Shown here: positions 49,223 to 60,650 of the stretch, piece by piece | Numbering within the stretch: the stretch's first letter is position 1 | How the letters are laid out: each line of letters opens with the position of its first letter | Assembly: GCA_965204725.1 (NCBI GenBank) | Contig: OZ242005.1 | Coordinates: 4,672,001 to 4,736,000, forward strand | Direction: 5' to 3' | Source of the DNA: Candidatus Latescibacterota bacterium | GTDB taxonomy: Bacteria; Latescibacterota; UBA2968; UBA8231 | Length of the DNA stretch: 64,000 nucleotides | The notes under the pieces: model-generated | The model's database searches: none | Seen by the model: only the letters and a program-made list of their open reading frames with translations | Told to the model about the DNA's origin: nothing | Made by a program: the position numbers and the translations under genes

Positions 49223-50275
49223 CTAGGCGATGACGCCGCCGCCGAGGCAAACGTCACCGTCGTAGAACACCGCGTGCTGGCCCGGCGCGATGCCGGGGTC
49301 GGGCGTGGCCAACGTGACGTGGGCGCGATCCGGCGTGCGCGTCTGCACCTGACAGGGAATTAGAGTTGGCCCGTGCCGCAGCTTGACGTGGAGCGCGCCC
49401 TGCGCTGGCGCACCGGCGATCCAATGGATGTGTTCGGCGATTAGTTCGCGGCGTCCGGCTCGGGTCGGCGCACTGCCGTGGGCGATGTACACGATGTTGT
49501 TGGCGACGTCTTTGTCCGTTACATACCAAGGGCCGCCGCCGAGTTGCAAGCCGTGCCGCTGACCAATGGTGTAGAACCAATAGCCGGGGTGCTCGCCCTT
49601 CTTTTGCCCGCTTGCCCGCTCGACGATGTCGCCCTGGGCCTCTCCCAAGTGGAAGCGGACAAAATCCCGATAGTTGATCTTACCCAAGAAGCAGATGCCT
49701 TGGCTGTCGGGGCGGTCTTTGGCCGGCAAGTCGAGTTCGGCGGCGAGGGCGCGCACTTGGCGCTTGTGCAGGTGCCCGATGGGCAAGCAGAGCCGAGCGA
49801 GTTGCGCCGCGCTCAGGTTGGAGAGGAAATAGGTCTGGTCCTTGACCCGATCGGCCGCGCACCTAAGCCGATAACCGCCTGCGGCCTCCTCGACGCGGGC
49901 GTAGTGCCCAGAGGCAATTTGCTCGCACTCGCCCGCTACCCGCTGATAAAAGGCACCGAACTTGACGCGCTGGTTGCACCAGATGTCCGGGCTAGGGGTG
50001 CGCCCCAAGCGCAGCTCGGCCAGCGCATACTCGACGATGTGGGTGCGGTACTCGCTTTGCAGCGGCACGACTTCGAGTGGAACCCCGAGCTGTTCGCAGG
50101 TGGCGCGGGCGTAGGACAAATCCGTTTCCCACGGGCAGTCGCCGAGCGAAACCAGCTCATCCTCTAGCCAGATCTTGAGGTAGTAGGCTTTGGGGACGAG
50201 CCGCTTTTCGCGCTGGATCAACGCGAGGGCCAGCGAGCTATCGACCCCACCGGAAAGCAGGACGGCGACATTCAT
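49223..50275 (-). CDS. mnmA: tRNA-specific 2-thiouridylase
   Basis: SGGVDS, TPSPDIWCN, SGHYAR, KDQTYFL, DSQGICF, YTIGQR, PGQ. Confidence 0.95.
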   Translation of the reverse strand: MNVAVLLSGGVDSSLALALIQREKRLVPKAYYLKIWLEDELVSLGDCPWETDLSYARATCEQLGVPLEVVPLQSEYRTHIVEYALAELRLGRTPSPDIWCNQRVKFGAFYQRVAGECEQIASGHYARVEEAAGGYRLRCAADRVKDQTYFLSNLSAAQLARLCLPIGHLHKRQVRALAAELDLPAKDRPDSQGICFLGKINYRDFVRFHLGEAQGDIVERASGQKKGEHPGYWFYTIGQRHGLQLGGGPWYVTDKDVANNIVYIAHGSAPTRAGRRELIAEHIHWIAGAPAQGALHVKLRHGPTLIPCQVQTRTPDRAHVTLATPDPGIAPGQHAVFYDGDVCLGGGVIA

Positions 50276-50291
50276 GGGATGCCAGTGCCGG

Positions 50292-51614
<1,323 letters not shown>

Positions 51615-51779
51615 TGGTTTCTCCTTCTCCTTATGGGTGATTTAGCTGTTTAGGCAATTAAGACACGCGCCCGCGAATCGGCAAGCGTCCCGCCAAGTTG
51701 ACTGTCTGGTGCCTACACCCTACCTTGCCCCCATCCTCACAATCCTGCCTCCTGCCCGTCATGTCATACCCAGCCGATC

Positions 51780-52346
51780 ATGCAATCCCTCGTTTCCCCC
51801 TCCGTCCTGTACCGGGATAGCTTCCTCGAGGGCGCGGCCGAGTTCTCAAGCGAAGGCCGTTTCGACTCCACGTACGCCCTATCCCTCGGCTACGACCGCG
51901 ACGCCCTCGCCGACCACTTCCCACAGTTCGTGCGCGACCTCCGCGCCCTCGCCGACGCGACGAGTTTGCCGACGCGGTATCCAGACCGCGTGCTCTGGCT
52001 CGTCCACGACGGCGAGTACATCGGCCAAACCTCCATAAGGCCCGAGCTTTGCACCCCGTATTTGCTCACCTACGGCGGGCACATTGGCTACAGCATCCGC
52101 CCCTCGCGGCGAGGTCGCGGCTACGGCAAGGCCATCCTCGCCCTGACGCTGGTGGCGTCGCGGGAGCTTGGACTGCGCCGCGTGCTGGTCACCTGCGATT
52201 CGGACAACATTGGCTCTCGCAAGATCATCGAGCACAACGGCGGCCTATTTGAAAGCGCGATGGCCATGCCCAGTCAAGCATTTCGCGTTGAGGGACGCCA
52301 ATTCGTGCAGCACGTCGAGAAGTTGCGCTACTGGATAGACCTGTGA
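51780..52346 (+). CDS. GNAT family N-acetyltransferase
   Basis: GGHIGYSIRPSRRGRGYG...TCDSDNIGSRKIIEHNGG. Confidence 0.9.
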   Translation: MQSLVSPSVLYRDSFLEGAAEFSSEGRFDSTYALSLGYDRDALADHFPQFVRDLRALADATSLPTRYPDRVLWLVHDGEYIGQTSIRPELCTPYLLTYGGHIGYSIRPSRRGRGYGKAILALTLVASRELGLRRVLVTCDSDNIGSRKIIEHNGGLFESAMAMPSQAFRVEGRQFVQHVEKLRYWIDL

Positions 52347-52392
52347 GGGGCCGTAATTGGCAGGGCGGCGGCCAAACCCTATATTCGCCGCC

Positions 52393-53391
52393 ATGTCGAA
52401 CTCAACCCAAGCAGCGCTGCCCGACCGGAGCACCTGTCTGGCACTCTATCGCCTCATGCTGGTCATTCGCCGCTGCGAAGAACAGCTCGCCCGGTCCTAC
52501 CAAGCCGGCCTGATCCCGGGTGCTTGTCACACGTACGTCGGCGAGGAAGCCATTGCCGCTGGCGTTTGCGCCCACCTCAACGACTGCGACGCGGTTTTTA
52601 GTACGCATCGCGGCCACGGCCACGCCCTCGCCAAAGGCGTACCGCCCAAGGAACTGATCGCCGAGCTTTTTGGCAAAGCCACGGGCTGCTCGCAGGGGCG
52701 CGGTGGCTCCATGCACCTTTTCTCGCCGCAAGTGGGCATGATGGGCACCAGCGGCATCGTCGGGCCCTGCATTCTCCAAGCCGCCGGCGCCGGCTATTCC
52801 TTTAAGCTCTTGGGCGTCCCCAAGGTCGGCGTGGCCTTCTTTGGCGACGGGGCGGTAGCCAACGGCGCCTTTCACGAGGGCATCAATCTGGCGACCAACT
52901 GGCAGTTGCCAGTGATCTTCGTGTGCGAAAACAACCTCTATGCTACGGAAGTGGCCTTTGCCGATACCACCCGCAACCCGCAGGTAGCCAACCGCGCGGC
53001 GGCCTATGGACTGCCCGGCATCGCCCTCGACGGCAACGATATAGCTGCGGTGTACGCGGCCGCCGGCGAAGCGATAACCCGCGCCCGCCAAGGCGATGGT
53101 CCGACCCTTATCGAGTGCAAGACCTACCGCACCCGGCCCCATGCCGAGGGAATGCGCGACGGGGGCTATCGCTCCAGCGAGGAAATCGACGAGTGGAAAA
53201 AGCGCGACCCCATCCCGGCTTTTGCCGACAAGCTGCTAGCGGCCGGCCACGCCCGCCAAGAAGAACTCGACGCGGTCGCGGCGGACGTCACCGCGCTGAT
53301 CGCCGAGGCCCTGCAATTTGCCCACGACAGCCCATGGCCCGACCCGACCACCGTGGCCGACCACGTCTTTAGCCAAGGGGACGGCGCGTAA
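52393..53391 (+). CDS. TPP-dependent dehydrogenase E1 alpha (acetoin/pyruvate type)
   Basis: THRGHGH, GRGGSMH, GDGA...NN TPP motif. Confidence 0.93.
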   Translation: MSNSTQAALPDRSTCLALYRLMLVIRRCEEQLARSYQAGLIPGACHTYVGEEAIAAGVCAHLNDCDAVFSTHRGHGHALAKGVPPKELIAELFGKATGCSQGRGGSMHLFSPQVGMMGTSGIVGPCILQAAGAGYSFKLLGVPKVGVAFFGDGAVANGAFHEGINLATNWQLPVIFVCENNLYATEVAFADTTRNPQVANRAAAYGLPGIALDGNDIAAVYAAAGEAITRARQGDGPTLIECKTYRTRPHAEGMRDGGYRSSEEIDEWKKRDPIPAFADKLLAAGHARQEELDAVAADVTALIAEALQFAHDSPWPDPTTVADHVFSQGDGA

Positions 53392-54368
53392 TGCCCGAAC
53401 TCACGTACGTGGAAGCGGCGCGCCAAGCCCTAGCCGAAGAGATGGCGCGCGACGAGACCATTTTCGTCGTCGGCGAGGGCATTGGTCCGCGCGGCGGCAA
53501 CTTCAACACCACCACCGGCCTCTTCGACCAGTACGGCCCGGAGCGCTTGCGCGACACCCCGATATGCGAGCGCGGCTTCGTCGGCTTGTGCGCTGGCGCG
53601 GCCATGACCGGGACGCGGCCCGTGGTGGATTTCATGTTCTTGGACTTCATTCTCGATGCGTTCGGCGAATTGGTCAACCAAATCGCCAAGATGCAGTACA
53701 TGAGCAGCGGCCGGCTGAAAATGCCCATCGTCCTGCGCGGCTGCATTGGCGTCGGCGGCGCGGCCGCCACTCATCATTCGGGCAATTACTATCCGATCTT
53801 TACGCATCTGCCCGGCTTCAAGGTCGCGGTGCCGTCCAATCCGTACGACGCTAAGGGCCTGCTCAAGACAGCCCTGCGCGGCGACGACCCAGTGCTCTTC
53901 CTCGAACACAAGTCCTTACTCAACACCCGCGGCGAGGTTCCAGCCGAGGAGTACTGCATCCCCTTTGGCCAAGCGGCCGTGCGCCGCCGCGGCGAGCACC
54001 TGACCGTTGCGGCTCTGACGACCATGGTCGCCGAGGCCCTCCAAGTCGCCGAGGCCCTCTCCGGCGAGGGCCTCTCGGTCGAAGTCATCGACCTCCGCAC
54101 TACGTCCCCCCTCGACGTGGACGCCGTGCTCAAATCCGTTCACCGGACGGGCCGCCTGCTGATCGCCGATGAGACCTTTGCCCCCTGCGGCATAGGCGCG
54201 GAAATCGCCGCCGAAGTGATCGACCGGGCCTTCGACGACCTCGACGCGCCCGTGCGCCGGCTCAACGGCGCGCACGTGCCCACCCCGTACAGCGCACCCT
54301 TAGAGGCCGCAGTCGCGCCCAACAGGAAGGACCTAGAACGGGCCATCCGCGATCTGATGGCTGAGTAG
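53391..54368 (+). CDS. TPP-dependent dehydrogenase E1 beta
   Basis: DTPICERGF, PYDAKGLL, DPVLFLEHK, DLDAPV. Confidence 0.93.
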   Translation: MPELTYVEAARQALAEEMARDETIFVVGEGIGPRGGNFNTTTGLFDQYGPERLRDTPICERGFVGLCAGAAMTGTRPVVDFMFLDFILDAFGELVNQIAKMQYMSSGRLKMPIVLRGCIGVGGAAATHHSGNYYPIFTHLPGFKVAVPSNPYDAKGLLKTALRGDDPVLFLEHKSLLNTRGEVPAEEYCIPFGQAAVRRRGEHLTVAALTTMVAEALQVAEALSGEGLSVEVIDLRTTSPLDVDAVLKSVHRTGRLLIADETFAPCGIGAEIAAEVIDRAFDDLDAPVRRLNGAHVPTPYSAPLEAAVAPNRKDLERAIRDLMAE

Positions 54369-54378
54369 GAGCGAGCGC

Positions 54379-55467
54379 ATGGCCGAGGCAATCGCGATGC
54401 CCCGCTTGGGGTGGACCATGAAGGAGGGGACCCTCGTCGAGTGGCTCAAAGCCGATGGCGACGCGGTCGAGGCGGGCGAAATCCTCTTTACGGTGGAAAG
54501 CGACAAGGCCCTCAACGAAATCGAGACCTTCTCCAGCGGCATCCTGCGCATCCCCCCAGACGCACCCCCACCCGGTGCTATCGTGCCGGTGGGGACCCTG
54601 TTGGGCTACCTGTTGCAGCCCGGCGAGGCCATGCCGACCGCTCCGGTCTCGACTCCCGCAGCAGAACCCGATCCAACGCCGGCGGAACCCGCGCCCGCAC
54701 CAAAGCCGAAACCGACCCCAACCCGCTCCGCAGGGCCGACGATCAGCCCCCGCGCCCGGCGCGTGGCCTCGGCACTCGGGGTGGAATGGCGCGCACTCAC
54801 CGGCAGCGGGCGCACGGGCCGGATCGTCGAGCGCGATGTTCGCGCGGCGGCCGCACGGCCCCAGCCCCTAGCCCATGCGGTCCTTACTACCCAAGCAGAC
54901 GCCACCGATCTAGTCGCTCTACGCGCTCGGTTCAAGGCCGCCCAGGGCCTAGCCGCGCCTACGTACCATCACCTGCTCGCCAAAATGACGGCCGTCGCTC
55001 TGGGCCGCTATCCCCTCGGGCCAAGCCGGGCCGTGCATCTCGGCCTAGTCGTGGATACCGCCGATGGCTTGGTCGTGCCGGTCCTCCGCGACGCGGATTC
55101 CAAGAGCTTGGCGCAGCTCGCAGCCGAAGCCCGCGACCTAACCCTCCAAGCTCGCCGCCGCACCTTGCCGCCGACCGCGACCCAAGGAGCGACCTTTGTT
55201 ATCGCCAACTTGGGGTTGTATGGAATCGACGACTTTGTGCCGACGACCTATCAGACGCAAGCGTTTTTGGGCGTGGGTCGAATTGCGGCCAAGCCGGCCG
55301 TCTATCAAGGGCAGGTCGTGCCGCGAGCACTTGTAGCCTTGAGCCTGACTTTCGACGATCAAGCGATAGACAGCGGTCTAGCGGCCCGCTTTTTTGGGCA
55401 GGTGCGGGCCTTTGTCGAGCAGCCGGAGCTGTGGTTGGGACCCCTTTGGAGCAACAATGTTAGATAA
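54379..55467 (+). CDS. Dihydrolipoamide acyltransferase E2-like protein with a degenerate catalytic domain
   Basis: Lipoyl domain (VESDKA), E3-binding domain (SPRARR...GSGRTGRI); C-terminal LTFDDQAIDS instead of DHRxxDG. Confidence 0.85.
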   Translation: MAEAIAMPRLGWTMKEGTLVEWLKADGDAVEAGEILFTVESDKALNEIETFSSGILRIPPDAPPPGAIVPVGTLLGYLLQPGEAMPTAPVSTPAAEPDPTPAEPAPAPKPKPTPTRSAGPTISPRARRVASALGVEWRALTGSGRTGRIVERDVRAAAARPQPLAHAVLTTQADATDLVALRARFKAAQGLAAPTYHHLLAKMTAVALGRYPLGPSRAVHLGLVVDTADGLVVPVLRDADSKSLAQLAAEARDLTLQARRRTLPPTATQGATFVIANLGLYGIDDFVPTTYQTQAFLGVGRIAAKPAVYQGQVVPRALVALSLTFDDQAIDSGLAARFFGQVRAFVEQPELWLGPLWSNNVR

Positions 55468-55490
55468 TTTACGTAACTCGTTGAAAAAAA

Positions 55491-56952
55491 ATGATTTACC
55501 CCCCACCCCGAAAATTCGGTCCTGAGTTTCGGCATCGCCTGCCCCAACTTCTGTTTGTGTCGGCCCTTATGCTGGCGGCCTTCGCCTACGGCGGCCTCGG
55601 CGTCCACTACCAGCTATTCCCCTTCCCGTTTATCGCCGACGGCATAAAGACCTTGCGGACTCTGCACGAGCTACATACCAGAAAGGACGATGATGGCCAA
55701 TTCCTGCGCTTCGCCGATGTGCCGCCGGAACGCGTGGCCTCCAACCGCTTCGAGTTCGTGGCCGGCGATGCCCTCAGCGGTCCGGTGCTGTGGCAAGGCG
55801 GACGCTACCAGTTTCTCGAGTATTGCCCCGGGGGGATGCCTTGCAGTAGAGTTCACCACCACCGGCCAAGTCGCCCATGCCTACCCGTTCCGCAACGATG
55901 AACTCGAACAAGCGGCAGCCGATGCCCAATCCGACGAATTCCCCTACGAGCTATCCCCTGCCGCCTCTTTTAGGGATGTTGATGTGATAGGCATATCGCG
56001 CTACGCGAATGGCGACCTGCTGGTGGTTTTTCACCAAAACTCTGCTTTCCCGTTTGGTGCGGGCGTTGCGCGGATAGACCGCGATGGGCATCCGGTGTGG
56101 TTCCGGCGCGACTACAGCCACCACTGGCCACATCTCGAAGAAGACGGCGTCGCGCTGGTGCCCGGCCTGTTGGTTGGCAGCGGGTTCATATCCTTAAAAT
56201 TACTAAGTCCCCTCAGGCTCAAGTGCCGCACGGGTCGACCGTATCTCGACGCGATCGGCATTATCGACGGAAATGGACAGCTCCTAAAGCGCATCAATCT
56301 GCTCAATGCCTTGCGCGATTCTCCATTCGAGCACATCATGCAATCCACCTCGAAACCCAGACACCGTCCTTCCGCTCTGTGTGACCCCCTTCACCTCAAC
56401 TTCGTCCACCGGCTTCGCGACGACGCCGGCGGGACATGGGGCCTCGCGCCGGGCGACCTCGTCGCGTCCCTACGCAACCTAAGCGCATTCGCCATTGTCG
56501 ATGGCGAATCCGGCCGCGTCAAGCGGCTGGTCCGCGGGAGCTTCTTCTATCAACACAGTGTCCAGCACCTGACGGGATCGACCTTCCTGATGTTCGACAA
56601 TTACGGCAACGATGGGGTTTACGGCCCCTCGCGGCTGCTCAAGATCGACCTCGCCGATGGCCGGGAGACGACCCTCTTTCCCAACGACCAGACGCCCGAA
56701 CCCCTGCGAAACCTGTTCTCCGCCTACCAAGGTGCAATCGACATCTCGCCCGACCGCCAACGGGCGATGATCTCATTCACCCTGGAGGGCATAGCCATCG
56801 AGGTGCGCCTCGCCGATGGCGCGGTGCTGAATGTCTTCCATTCCCTGCACGATGTGTCGAACTTGGAGCAGTTCCCCGAAGAGTACCCCGAAGAACGGCA
56901 GCAAAGAGCCGCCGTATTCGAGATAAATGGACTTTACTACATCCGTAATTGA
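55491..56952 (+). CDS. Arylsulfotransferase (ASST)-like beta-propeller protein, frameshifted at C4G6 55826-55835
   Basis: N-terminal TM segment in ORF1; YSHHW, DPLHLN, SLRN, QHSV, MFDN in ORF2; removing one base gives YCPGGCLAVEF. Confidence 0.7.
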
Positions 56953-56957
56953 GGAGA

Positions 56958-57329
56958 TTACGGATCGTTTTTGATTCGTTCGACTATATCCGCGACGGAT
57001 ATCGGATTCCTCCATGCCCGCCAAGCCTTATGGCCTGAAGCGAGGAACCAGATGAATGCCGCTACTGCTGCTCCTCCATAGACTTGATGCCAAAACTCCT
57101 TCGGCAGCAGAAAATCATTCGGGGTGCTCGTGGTGAGAGTACTTACAAGCGTAAGAAAAATGCCCAAAGGAGCTATCCAAGATTTACTGTCATGCTGAGT
57201 GTAGTTGTATTCGTTGAGAATGTTTTTCAGCTTGTCTTCTGTGGTATGAATCACTACTTGAGCGACATTACTGTGAATGCTCTTAATTGGCACACTATGT
57301 GTTTCAATGTCCCCATCTCTTTCCGACAT
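56958..57329 (-). CDS. Hypothetical two-TM membrane protein in a low-GC islet
   Basis: TTEDKL then two hydrophobic segments (WIAPLGIFLTLVSTL; GAAVAAFIWFLAS); start refined to ATG 57329. Confidence 0.65.
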   Translation of the reverse strand: MSERDGDIETHSVPIKSIHSNVAQVVIHTTEDKLKNILNEYNYTQHDSKSWIAPLGIFLTLVSTLTTSTPNDFLLPKEFWHQVYGGAAVAAFIWFLASGHKAWRAWRNPISVADIVERIKNDP

Positions 57330-57333
57330 TCCA

Positions 57334-57672
57334 TCACACCCCTTGCAAGAGAAGTTGCAGATCGAGTTTGTTGGTGCCTCCAATCGCATAATTACTGGCC
57401 ATGAAGGCGAGTTTTTGCCCGTCGTGCAGAGTTGCCAATAGTGCTGGTTCGATCAAAGCCGTACCCAGCGAATTATCCCACTTGCGGAATACAATCGTCG
57501 CCCCGTCGTTAGTCGGAGTAATATCCACACCTCGCTCTGCCGATGTATTATCGAACTTGATGTTTAAATCGAACTTCCATCCCTTGACATTCACTGGGAT
57601 ACGAGCAGTTGAATGCTCTGGAATGAGAAGCGCGTAGTGCCCTAACAGATCTCCATCGCCAATTTTTACCAT
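57334..57672 (-). CDS. Hypothetical beta-rich protein in a low-GC islet (recalls DUF6864; unverified)
   Basis: AAAGGAG RBS before ATG 57672; MVKIGD...FRKWDNSLGT. Confidence 0.65.
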   Translation of the reverse strand: MVKIGDGDLLGHYALLIPEHSTARIPVNVKGWKFDLNIKFDNTSAERGVDITPTNDGATIVFRKWDNSLGTALIEPALLATLHDGQKLAFMASNYAIGGTNKLDLQLLLQGV

Positions 57673-57826
57673 TGGTCTTCTCCTTTGTTGCGTACCCACG
57701 AAAGCACCTTCTACCAAAATTACCAACTTTGTGCGTCCTAAGCGCATCCTATCGGTCCGAGAAGTAACAGAAAGCAGCACATTATATCCAATTTATCAAC
57801 TCGGTTAAAAGCCCACCCAATACCCC

Positions 57827-60223
57827 TCACTCCAACATCGTCTGCACGACCATGCGCGTGCCATCAATCCGCACTCGTATCGCGCCGGTGTGGTCGGTGC
57901 GCAAAACCTGCGCCCCGTGCGCTGCGTAGCGTGCGACGACCTCGGGGGCCGGGTGTTTGAACTTGTTGCCCTCCCCCAGCGACATCACCGCCACGGCGGG
58001 CGCGACCGCCTCGACAAAAAGCGGCTGCGACGAAGTGCGCGAGCCGTGGTGAGCCACCTTGAGCAAGCGCGCCGGCAGCCGCGTTCCCCACGCGAGGATC
58101 GCCGGATCGGTCTCCTGCTCTACGTCGCCGGTAAAGAGGACCCGCACGGCTCCGTGCTGCAAGCTAAAGACCACCGAGCCGTTGTTGGGGCCAAAAGGGG
58201 CGTTGCCATCTGCATCGACAAAGTCCGCGGTCGGATGCAGGACCAGCCCGGCGACCCCGTCCAAGCCGGCCAAGCTGTCGCCGGCCGCGACCCGGTGGTA
58301 GCGTACGCCCCGCTCGGCGATGAGTTCCTGCAAACGCCGCGCTGTCCACGAGTCATAGACTTGTCCGCTGTCGAGAAAGTGATCGACCTCTATATGCTCC
58401 AACAGGGCTACTAGCCCGCCGATGTGGTCGTTGTGCGGATGCGAGGCCACGACGACATTGACTCGCCGGACGCCCATAGAGCGCAAGAAAGGCACCAGCA
58501 CCTGTTCTCCGTGGTCGAAGTATTCGCTGCGCTCGCCGCCATCGACGACCATGGTTTTGCCGCCGGGAAAGCGCACAAACGCCGCGTCGCCTTGGCCCAC
58601 GTCCAAAAAGACGATCTCCAAGTCGCGGGCGCGAAGCGCGTACGTCCACACTGCGACATTGAGCCAGACCAGCGCGGTGAAAATGGCCGCCTTGCACGCC
58701 CACGCCTTGTGGGGCAGGAGGGGGCCGAGTAGGCAGAGCGCGGCGGCCACAGAGACAAAAAGCACCCCCGGGCGCGGCACGGCCACCGACGCAAAGGGCA
58801 GCGTGGCCCACCACGAGACCAGCTCTAGCAGCCCCACGAGGACTAGGTAATTGGCGGCGTTGAACGCGGTGGCGACCCAAGGCAAAATCCAACCCGTCAA
58901 CGCGGCCAGCAACCCCAAGCCCACAGCGAGTGCTAGGAGCGGCACTACCACTATATTGGCTACCACGCCCGTCAGCGCGAGTTGTTGAAAGGAATAGGCG
59001 ATCAAAGGGCCGGTGCCGAGCTGGGCCGCCAGCGAGGCGCACAGTGGGCTGACGATCCAGCGACCAACTCGGCTATCGGCTCGTTGAAAGGCGGCGGGAA
59101 AAAGCGAGGCGATCGGGCCGTGCAAGGCGACTATGGCCCACGTCGCGCCGAAGGAGAGCTGGAAGCTCAGGCTCCACGGACTGTCCGGCCATAAGACCAA
59201 GATCGCTAGTGCCGCGAGTCCAAGGGTGTTGTAGATGTCGCCCGGCCGCCGCAGCACCCGCCCCAACAGCACCACCGACCCCATCAGAACCGCCCGCACC
59301 ACGGGCACCTGCGCCCCGGTTGCGAGGGCATAGAGCACGAGCGCGGCGATGGTAGCCGCCGAACTCGGCCGGTCGGCGAGCCGCAGGAGCCGAAACCCAA
59401 AAAAGAAGAACCCGCCCACCAGCCCGACGTGGAGTCCGCTGACCACCAGCGCGTGCGCCAGCCCGACGCGGCGAAACGCAACGCGCACTTCCTCGGAAAT
59501 TCGTCGTTTCTCTCCCAAGAGTACGCCCAACAGCAGGCCGGCTGGTGCTCCGGTGAGGTTGCGCTCAATGCTCTGGCGCACGGCGCGTCTGAGGGGCAGC
59601 ACCACGCCCTCGTACAGCCAGTGCCCGGGCAAGCGCTCCACGGCAACGACCTGCTCGGATTTGCCGATGAAGAGCGTGCCATAGACATCCTGCTGGGCCA
59701 AAAAGGTTTGGTAGTCGAAGCCGCTTGGATTGCGGGCGGCTCGGGGCCTTTGCAACTTCCCGCGCAGGGACACGCGGTCGCCGTAATCGGCCGGCAAATA
59801 CATGTCTTTTACCGTAACGAACACCTGCCCTGCCAAGTGGTAGATGGTGCTGTCGGTGACCACGTGTTCCAACTCGATGGCAAAGTGCATTCGCTCGTCG
59901 CTGCGTTCAGGTTCTTGGATGATGCGCCCGGTGACCACGCCGCGCTTGCCAAAAACTTCGAGCGCGACCAAGTGCGGCAAAGGGGACAGGGCTGTGTCGA
60001 TATGGTAACGCAGCGCACCCAACAGGATGACCACCACCCACAGCATCCAACCGGCCCAACGCGCCTTGCGGTAGAACCCGGCGACCGCGCAGAGAAAGGC
60101 CAACCCGCTTAGGGAGGCCGTTGCGACCCAGCCCATTTCCACAGCCCGCCCGAGGAAAATACCGATTCCGAATCCGACGGCCGTCCACAGCGCGGGCCGC
60201 CGCATCTTTTTGCTCGTGGACAT
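57827..60223 (-). CDS. comEC: DNA internalisation competence protein ComEC/Rec2
   Basis: RNPSGFDY OB domain, HALVVSGLHV competence domain, DVGQGD/SHPHNDHIGG/HHGS metallo-beta-lactamase domain. Confidence 0.95.
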   Translation of the reverse strand: MSTSKKMRRPALWTAVGFGIGIFLGRAVEMGWVATASLSGLAFLCAVAGFYRKARWAGWMLWVVVILLGALRYHIDTALSPLPHLVALEVFGKRGVVTGRIIQEPERSDERMHFAIELEHVVTDSTIYHLAGQVFVTVKDMYLPADYGDRVSLRGKLQRPRAARNPSGFDYQTFLAQQDVYGTLFIGKSEQVVAVERLPGHWLYEGVVLPLRRAVRQSIERNLTGAPAGLLLGVLLGEKRRISEEVRVAFRRVGLAHALVVSGLHVGLVGGFFFFGFRLLRLADRPSSAATIAALVLYALATGAQVPVVRAVLMGSVVLLGRVLRRPGDIYNTLGLAALAILVLWPDSPWSLSFQLSFGATWAIVALHGPIASLFPAAFQRADSRVGRWIVSPLCASLAAQLGTGPLIAYSFQQLALTGVVANIVVVPLLALAVGLGLLAALTGWILPWVATAFNAANYLVLVGLLELVSWWATLPFASVAVPRPGVLFVSVAAALCLLGPLLPHKAWACKAAIFTALVWLNVAVWTYALRARDLEIVFLDVGQGDAAFVRFPGGKTMVVDGGERSEYFDHGEQVLVPFLRSMGVRRVNVVVASHPHNDHIGGLVALLEHIEVDHFLDSGQVYDSWTARRLQELIAERGVRYHRVAAGDSLAGLDGVAGLVLHPTADFVDADGNAPFGPNNGSVVFSLQHGAVRVLFTGDVEQETDPAILAWGTRLPARLLKVAHHGSRTSSQPLFVEAVAPAVAVMSLGEGNKFKHPAPEVVARYAAHGAQVLRTDHTGAIRVRIDGTRMVVQTMLE

Positions 60224-60330
60224 GACCCATATCCAACGGCAAAAATCGTTCCAACTCGACAGGCGTTGGCGAGTCTATATACTAATGTGAGGACAAGAGG
60301 AAGTTTTGATTTTTAATGAAGGAAGGTTCG

Positions 60331-60642
60331 ATGACTGCTCCCACACCTATACTTCGCGGCAAGGACCGCCGCTACTTACGCGGCTTAGGCAACGCGCTGC
60401 GCCCGACCGTGTATTTGGGCAAAGAGGGCCTTTCCGCGGCCGTCACTCGCTCGCTTGAGCAAGCCTACGCCAACAGCGAGTTGGTCAAGGTGCGCTGCGA
60501 GCGCAACATCCCTCTCGACCGCCGCCAAGCCGGCGCGCAGCTTGCCGCTGCGACCCAGTCGCACCTAGTGCAGGTCTTGGGCAACACCCTGCTCCTCTAC
60601 CGCCCCGACCCCGACGACCCCCAAATAGTACTGCCCGAATAG
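60331..60642 (+). CDS. yhbY: YhbY/CRM RNA-binding protein
   Basis: RYLRGLGNALRPTVYLGKEGL...ELVKV...VQVLGNTLLLYR. Confidence 0.92.
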   Translation: MTAPTPILRGKDRRYLRGLGNALRPTVYLGKEGLSAAVTRSLEQAYANSELVKVRCERNIPLDRRQAGAQLAAATQSHLVQVLGNTLLLYRPDPDDPQIVLPE

Positions 60643-60650
60643 AGGATTTC

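Noticed and set aside
51615-51779. SAH riboswitch upstream of ahcY
   Set aside because: No recognisable SAH aptamer consensus on the minus strand.
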